Source: an uncultured Eubacteriales bacterium
GTDB lineage: Bacteria > Bacillota > Clostridia > Christensenellales > Borkfalkiaceae
Assembly (NCBI GenBank): GCA_902465495.1
Contig: CABQND010000002.1
Span: forward strand, 11,226-75,225
Direction of reading: 5' to 3'
DNA length: 64,000 bases
The notes under the pieces were generated by a model. The model made no database searches. It saw nothing but the letters and a program-made list of their open reading frames with translations, and was not told where the DNA came from. How positions within the stretch are numbered: the stretch's first letter is position 1; each line of letters opens with the position of its first letter. Position numbers and translations under genes: made by a program. Below are positions 59,308 through 64,000 of the stretch, one piece after another.

Positions 59308-59937
59308 TCAATACAAGACGAGCGGAGCGCCTGTCAGGCATAGCCATAGGATATTGAACGCGAGATCTGCGAGAAGGACGGAAACAGTCGTGACAGCCGC
59401 AATTTTTGCGGCGCGCGGCGGAATGCTTTCGAGGGCCGAATACATCGGATCCCATAAGAATTGCATTGCAAGAGTAATGAGCACTCCCCACAGAATCGTT
59501 TGATCGAGGGAAACATATCCGAACAGGGAAAAGGTCTTGTATGAATAATCCCAAAGTGCGGCGTGGCAACCCTTGTCAAAGAGGAGCGCAACAAAAAATT
59601 CGACGGCGGTGGGTATGAATGCCGCAGCAAGAAAATATAGCGCATACAGACCGGTTTGCGCCAGAATCTTGCCTGCGTTTTCGAGATTTTTTGTCTTTTC
59701 AAATAAAGGGCGCAATCGACCGCCGCGAGGAGTTCCCAAAAGAAGATAGACAAAAGACAGACAAAAACCGTAAATGGTGCAAAAGGGCAGCGTTAAAAAG
59801 CCGCGGTCGCAAAGGTCGTGCCATCGCAGGAGAAAATACATTTGTTCGGCGCACCATCCGACGAAAGATACGGCGGCGAACAACAAAATCAGCGTATAAG
59901 GTTGTCGTTTGGCGGTTTTACGGGTGTAAGTCTGCAT
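59308..59937 (-). CDS. Putative ABC transporter permease family (DUF1113/CmpB-like) membrane protein
   Basis: SFVGWCAE, RGFLTLPFCTIYG, LWDYS...GYVSL. Confidence 0.8.
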   Translation of the reverse strand: MQTYTRKTAKRQPYTLILLFAAVSFVGWCAEQMYFLLRWHDLCDRGFLTLPFCTIYGFCLSFVYLLLGTPRGGRLRPLFEKTKNLENAGKILAQTGLYALYFLAAAFIPTAVEFFVALLFDKGCHAALWDYSYKTFSLFGYVSLDQTILWGVLITLAMQFLWDPMYSALESIPPRAAKIAAVTTVSVLLADLAFNILWLCLTGAPLVLY

Positions 59938-60033
59938 GTCAATGATCAGTGTTTGCAATTTTGCGCATTCCTATGTGCGCGCGTATCAAGGAACCAATTT
60001 ATATCCGGAAGCAGAAACGGAGAGGAGGGAACA

Positions 60034-60267
60034 GTGCACAGGCTGACTGAAAATGCCGCGCGAGCGCGCCGCATACTTGAACGGGCGAATGCGCCGCTGT
60101 CACCGGAATGCGAGCAGGTGATCGTGCGCGAGTTACAGCGCACGCTTTCGGCATACTTTGAACTGCGGGGCGATGTGCGGGTAAAGATCGAACGCACGGA
60201 TGCTCTGCACATCACTGTTGAGGCTGTTGCGGACGCCGCAAAGCCTTTCGGTGTTTTTGGCGATTAA
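60034..60267 (+). CDS. MinE-like small protein (77 aa)
   Basis: AGGAGG RBS plus GTG; ARARRILER...LSPE..VIVRELQRTLSAYFEL resembles MinE; lies near minD. Confidence 0.6.
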   Translation: MHRLTENAARARRILERANAPLSPECEQVIVRELQRTLSAYFELRGDVRVKIERTDALHITVEAVADAAKPFGVFGD

Positions 60268-60296
60268 AAAATTTTCCGGTGTTTCAATTTGAAAGA

Positions 60297-60345
60297 AATC
60301 AACATTTTGTCTTATGATTTTTTCAAAACATACAATATATAGTAT
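60297..60345. promoter_or_regulatory. Tandem NrdR boxes
   Basis: ATACAATATATAGTAT (60330-45, strong) and AATCAACATTTTGTCT (60297-312, weaker), upstream of nrdD. Confidence 0.7.
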
Positions 60346-60430
60346 TTTTTGAGGACTGTTGCAAAAGCGACAGTTTTTTTTGAGAAACGTGCTATAATAA
60401 TTACAGATCAAAAAGAAAGAGGGCACTCGG

Positions 60431-62554
60431 ATGCAGGTAATCAAAAGAGACGGCAGCGTCGTGGAATACGACAGGGCAAAAATTGCGATTGCGATCGGCA
60501 AAGCAAATGCGGAAATGGAGCGGGAAGAGCGCGCTTCGGGTGAAGAGATCGAAAGCATTCTCGATCACATTGAAAGCAAAAAGAAAAAGCGCATGCTCGT
60601 AGAAGATATCCAGGACATTATTGAAGAGAAGTTGATGGAGCAGGGGCATTTTGCGCTTGCCAAGACGTATATCATTTATCGGTATAATCGTGCGCTGGTA
60701 CGCAAGGCAAACACGACGGACGAAGCGATCCTGAGCCTGATTTCCAATGCAAATAAAGACGTAATGGAAGAGAATTCCAATAAGAATGCGCTTGCGGCGG
60801 CGACACAGCGTGACCTCATCGCGGGAGAAGTGTCTAAGGATTTGACCAAACGTTTATTGTTGCCTGAAAAGATCTCCAAAGCGCATGAAGAGGGGATCCT
60901 GCATTTTCATGATGCGGATTATTTTATTCAGCCCATTTTTAATTGCTGTCTGATCAACATCGGGGATATGCTGGACAATGGCACGGTGATGAACGGCAAG
61001 CTGATCGAAAGTCCGAAAAGCTTTCAGGTTGCTTGTACGGTCGTGACGCAGATCATTGCGGCGGTGGCTTGTTCGCAGTATGGCGGGCAATCGGTGGATA
61101 TACGTCACCTCGGAAAATATCTCCGCAAGAGCCGCGAAAAGTTTGAGAGCCATTTTCGGAGTACTTGTCCTGAGCTTTCGGACACAGAGATCAAAAAGCT
61201 GGTGGACGATCGCATTCAGGATGAACTGAAAAGCGGCGTGCAAACCATTCAATACCAAATCAACACGCTCATGACCACAAACGGTCAAAGTCCGTTTGTG
61301 ACGCTGTTCCTGTATTTGGACAAAGACGATGAATATCTCGAAGAGAATGCGCAGATCATCATGGAGATTTTGCGCCAGCGCTACGAGGGGATCAAGAACG
61401 AAAAGGGCGTGTATATTACGCCCGCGTTCCCGAAGCTCGTGTATGTGCTGGACGAGATCAATTGTCTCAAAGGTGGAAAATACGATTACATTACGGAATT
61501 TGCGGTGAAATGTTCTGCAAAGCGGCTGTATCCCGATTACATTTCGGCGAAAAAAATGCGCGAAACGTACGAGGGCAATGTGTTCAGCCCGATGGGATGC
61601 CGTTCCTTCCTTTCGCCGTGGAAAGACGAAAACGGAAAGTATAAATTCGAAGGGCGTTTCAATCAGGGCGTCGTATCCATCAATTTGCCGCAGATCGCGC
61701 TTGTGGCGAAAGGTGACGAGAAAAAGTTCTGGAAACTGTTTGACGAGCGGCTGGATTTGTGCCGCGAAGCACTCATGTGCAGGCATCGCGCACTGCTGGG
61801 TACAAAGTCGGATGTTTCGCCCATTCACTGGCAGTATGGTGCGATCGCGCGCCTTGATAAGGGCGAAGTAATCGATAAGCTTCTCTTCAACGGGTATTCT
61901 ACGCTTTCGCTTGGGTATATCGGGCTTTACGAAGTTACCAAACTCATGACGGGGGTGGCACAGACCGATCCCAAGGGCGAAGAGTTTGCCCTGCGGGTAA
62001 TGCAGCATATGCGCGACAAGACGGATGCATGGAAGAAGGAAACGGGGCTCGGCTTTGCACTGTACGGTACGCCTGCGGAATCGCTCTGTTACCGCTTTGC
62101 GCGCATTGACAAAGAAAAGTTCGGCACGGTCGAAGACGTCACGGACAAAGGGTATTATACGAATTCCTATCATGTCGACGTTCGCGAGCACATCGATGCG
62201 TTTTCAAAATTCTCGTTCGAATCGCAGTTCCAGAAGATTTCTTCGGGCGGATGCATTTCCTATGTCGAGATCCCGAACATGCAAAACAATCTCGAAGCGA
62301 TGCAGGAGATCGTACGCTTCATATACGACAACATTCAGTATGCGGAATTCAATACGAAGAGCGACTATTGCCATGTCTGCGGGTGGGACGGCGAGATTAT
62401 CATTAACGATGATAATGAGTGGGAGTGCCCCAATTGCCACAATAAAGATCATAAGAAAATGAACGTCACGCGCAGGACCTGCGGTTATCTGGGTGAAAAT
62501 TTCTGGAACCAGGGAAAGACCAAGGAAATCAAGGCTCGCGTACTGCATTTGTAA
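60431..62554 (+). CDS. nrdD: Anaerobic ribonucleoside-triphosphate reductase (class III)
   Basis: ATP-cone VIKRDG, NCCL, MGCRSFL, TPAESLC, CxxC..CxxC, RRTCGYLG glycyl-radical motif. Confidence 0.97.
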   Translation: MQVIKRDGSVVEYDRAKIAIAIGKANAEMEREERASGEEIESILDHIESKKKKRMLVEDIQDIIEEKLMEQGHFALAKTYIIYRYNRALVRKANTTDEAILSLISNANKDVMEENSNKNALAAATQRDLIAGEVSKDLTKRLLLPEKISKAHEEGILHFHDADYFIQPIFNCCLINIGDMLDNGTVMNGKLIESPKSFQVACTVVTQIIAAVACSQYGGQSVDIRHLGKYLRKSREKFESHFRSTCPELSDTEIKKLVDDRIQDELKSGVQTIQYQINTLMTTNGQSPFVTLFLYLDKDDEYLEENAQIIMEILRQRYEGIKNEKGVYITPAFPKLVYVLDEINCLKGGKYDYITEFAVKCSAKRLYPDYISAKKMRETYEGNVFSPMGCRSFLSPWKDENGKYKFEGRFNQGVVSINLPQIALVAKGDEKKFWKLFDERLDLCREALMCRHRALLGTKSDVSPIHWQYGAIARLDKGEVIDKLLFNGYSTLSLGYIGLYEVTKLMTGVAQTDPKGEEFALRVMQHMRDKTDAWKKETGLGFALYGTPAESLCYRFARIDKEKFGTVEDVTDKGYYTNSYHVDVREHIDAFSKFSFESQFQKISSGGCISYVEIPNMQNNLEAMQEIVRFIYDNIQYAEFNTKSDYCHVCGWDGEIIINDDNEWECPNCHNKDHKKMNVTRRTCGYLGENFWNQGKTKEIKARVLHL

Positions 62555-62589
62555 AAAGAACAATTTGTCTTTTAAGAACTTCAAACGGT

Positions 62590-63120
62590 ATGAATTACGC
62601 GAATATCAAAAAATACGACGTTGCCAATGGAGTCGGCGTGCGGGTGTCACTTTTTGTGAGCGGATGCACGCACCGCTGTAAGGGCTGCTTCAATGCCGAA
62701 GCGTGGGACTTTTCGTATGGTAAGCCGTACGAAGAAAGTACGGAGGAAGAGATTTTACAGGCACTTGACCACGAATACATCGCGGGGCTTTCCCTGCTGG
62801 GCGGCGAACCTTTTGAACCGTGTAACCAGCGCGCACTTTTGCCGCTCCTTCGGAAATTTTCCGAGAGATATCCGAAAAAGACGGTATGGTGTTATACGGG
62901 GTATACGTTCGATACCGACCTTCAAAAAGGCGGCAGGGCATACTGCGATGCGACGGACGAAATGTTGTCTTTGTTGGACGTACTGGTGGACGGCGAGTTC
63001 GTCGAACAGCTCAAAGATCTGAAACTGCGGTTTCGTGGCTCGTCCAATCAGCGCATTATCGATGTGAAGCGTTCGCTTTCGGAAGGGAAATTGCGGCTCT
63101 GGAAGGATGGCGCGTATTAA
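62590..63120 (+). CDS. nrdG: Anaerobic RNR activating enzyme (radical SAM)
   Basis: GCTHRCKGCFN, LGGEP, FRGSSNQRII. Confidence 0.96.
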   Translation: MNYANIKKYDVANGVGVRVSLFVSGCTHRCKGCFNAEAWDFSYGKPYEESTEEEILQALDHEYIAGLSLLGGEPFEPCNQRALLPLLRKFSERYPKKTVWCYTGYTFDTDLQKGGRAYCDATDEMLSLLDVLVDGEFVEQLKDLKLRFRGSSNQRIIDVKRSLSEGKLRLWKDGAY

Positions 63121-63167
63121 AGGAAAAGAGCGGGTTTTGCTCGCAGAAAATACGGGAGGAAAAGAGT

Positions 63168-63614
63168 ATGCAGAAAATAACGGTGCGGATCAAAAAATTG
63201 TCGGATGAGGCAAAACTTCCCTCTTACGGCACTGCATTTGCCGCGGGCGCAGATCTTTATGCGCTTACGGATGAACCCATTCATATCGGGGCGGGTGAAA
63301 CGGTGCTCGTTCATACGGGCATTGCGGCGGAGATCCCCGAAGGATTGGTGGGGCTCGTCTATGCCCGCAGCGGCCTTGCGAGCAAAAGAGGGTTGGCGCC
63401 CGCGAATAAAGTGGGGGTCATTGATTCCGATTACCGCGGTGAGATCTGCGTGGCTCTTTACAATCAGTCAGGGAAAGAGCAAACGATCGATCCGTTCGAG
63501 CGTGTTGCGCAATTGGTGATCGCTCCGTATATCTGTGCGGAGTTTGAAGAGTCGGACGAGCTTTCGGATACCGTGCGCGGAGCGGGCGGATTCGGTTCGA
63601 CGGGGTCAAAATAA
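63168..63614 (+). CDS. dut: dUTP diphosphatase
   Basis: AGADL, RSGLA, GVIDSDYRGE, ERVAQL, RGAGGFGSTG. Confidence 0.97.
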   Translation: MQKITVRIKKLSDEAKLPSYGTAFAAGADLYALTDEPIHIGAGETVLVHTGIAAEIPEGLVGLVYARSGLASKRGLAPANKVGVIDSDYRGEICVALYNQSGKEQTIDPFERVAQLVIAPYICAEFEESDELSDTVRGAGGFGSTGSK

Positions 63615-63701
63615 TTATTAAAAAAAATTTTAAAAACTATTGTAATTGCGGAAAATTCTGCTATAATAACTAATAAGAAACCCAAAAAGGAGAAAACAAA
63701 A

Positions 63702-63860
63702 ATGGCAAAATATGTTTGCAGCGTCTGCGGCTATGAGTACGACGAAGCGGCGGGTGATCCGGATAACGGCATCGCGCCCGGCACGAAATGGGAAGACATT
63801 CCCGAAGATTTCACTTGCCCCCTCTGCGGCGTCGGCAAGGATATGTTCAACGAAGAGTAA
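63702..63860 (+). CDS. Rubredoxin (52 aa; absent from the ORF track)
   Basis: [51 protein letters not shown]. Confidence 0.96.
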   Translation: MAKYVCSVCGYEYDEAAGDPDNGIAPGTKWEDIPEDFTCPLCGVGKDMFNEE

Positions 63861-63900
63861 TAAAAATTCCGCGGTTTTAAAAAAATCCGCGGAATTTTAT
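63861..63900. terminator. Terminator after rubredoxin
   Basis: aaaattccgcgg-ttttaaaaaaat-ccgcggaatttt. Confidence 0.75.
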
Positions 63901-64000
63901 TTGACAAACTTTTTTGAGCGTGGTATAGTATAAAAAATAAAACAAACCGATGAGGCAGAAGAGTACTCCGAATCAGGAATGCAAAGAGAGCTTTTGGCTG
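63901..64000 (+). promoter_or_regulatory. SigA promoter plus the 5' part of a T-box leader (truncated by the window)
   Basis: TTGACA-17bp-TATAGT, then CCGATGA, AGTA, AGAGAG and GGCTG stem I motifs. Confidence 0.7.

Noticed and set aside
63712..63933. 73-aa ORF in the track
   Set aside because: Wrong frame; the real gene is rubredoxin at 63702-63860.

Overview
Chromosomal segment of an anaerobic, spore-forming Clostridia bacterium, probably Christensenellales/Borkfalkia-like. That placement is inferred from gene content and protein style, not from a database search. 1-14.4 kb: glycan-utilisation locus with a duplicated-domain surface protein, a BNR/sialidase-like lipoprotein, a YesMN-type two-component system, an LplABC-type sugar ABC transporter, a beta-helix lipoprotein and a multi-ConA protein carrying a Gly-Gly-Cys C-terminal anchor. 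14.5-27 kb: DUF3810, ktrAB, a nitrilase-fold protein lacking its catalytic triad, a CBS protein with an N-terminal HEPN-type RxxxxH motif, an atypical T-box + ileS, rRNA modification enzymes and a large surface protein. 27-49.7 kb: accessory region containing a GntR/PfkB/lyxose-isomerase/aldolase operon, an XRE switch with three operators and two Cys-rich mini-genes, a dead SGNH esterase, and a LacI-controlled GH38/ABC/GxGYxYP/GH28-like locus whose lipoproteins share an unrecognised module. It ends in gene relics and repeated copies of the tRNA-Tyr 3' end and its terminator, suggesting tandem accretion at tRNA-Tyr; no integrase is visible. 49.7-64 kb: five tRNAs, spoIIAA-spoIIAB-sigF, yunB, T-box-pheST, minD with a displaced minE-like gene, nrdDG-dut, rubredoxin and the start of another T-box. 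No CRISPR array or intact transposase was seen.
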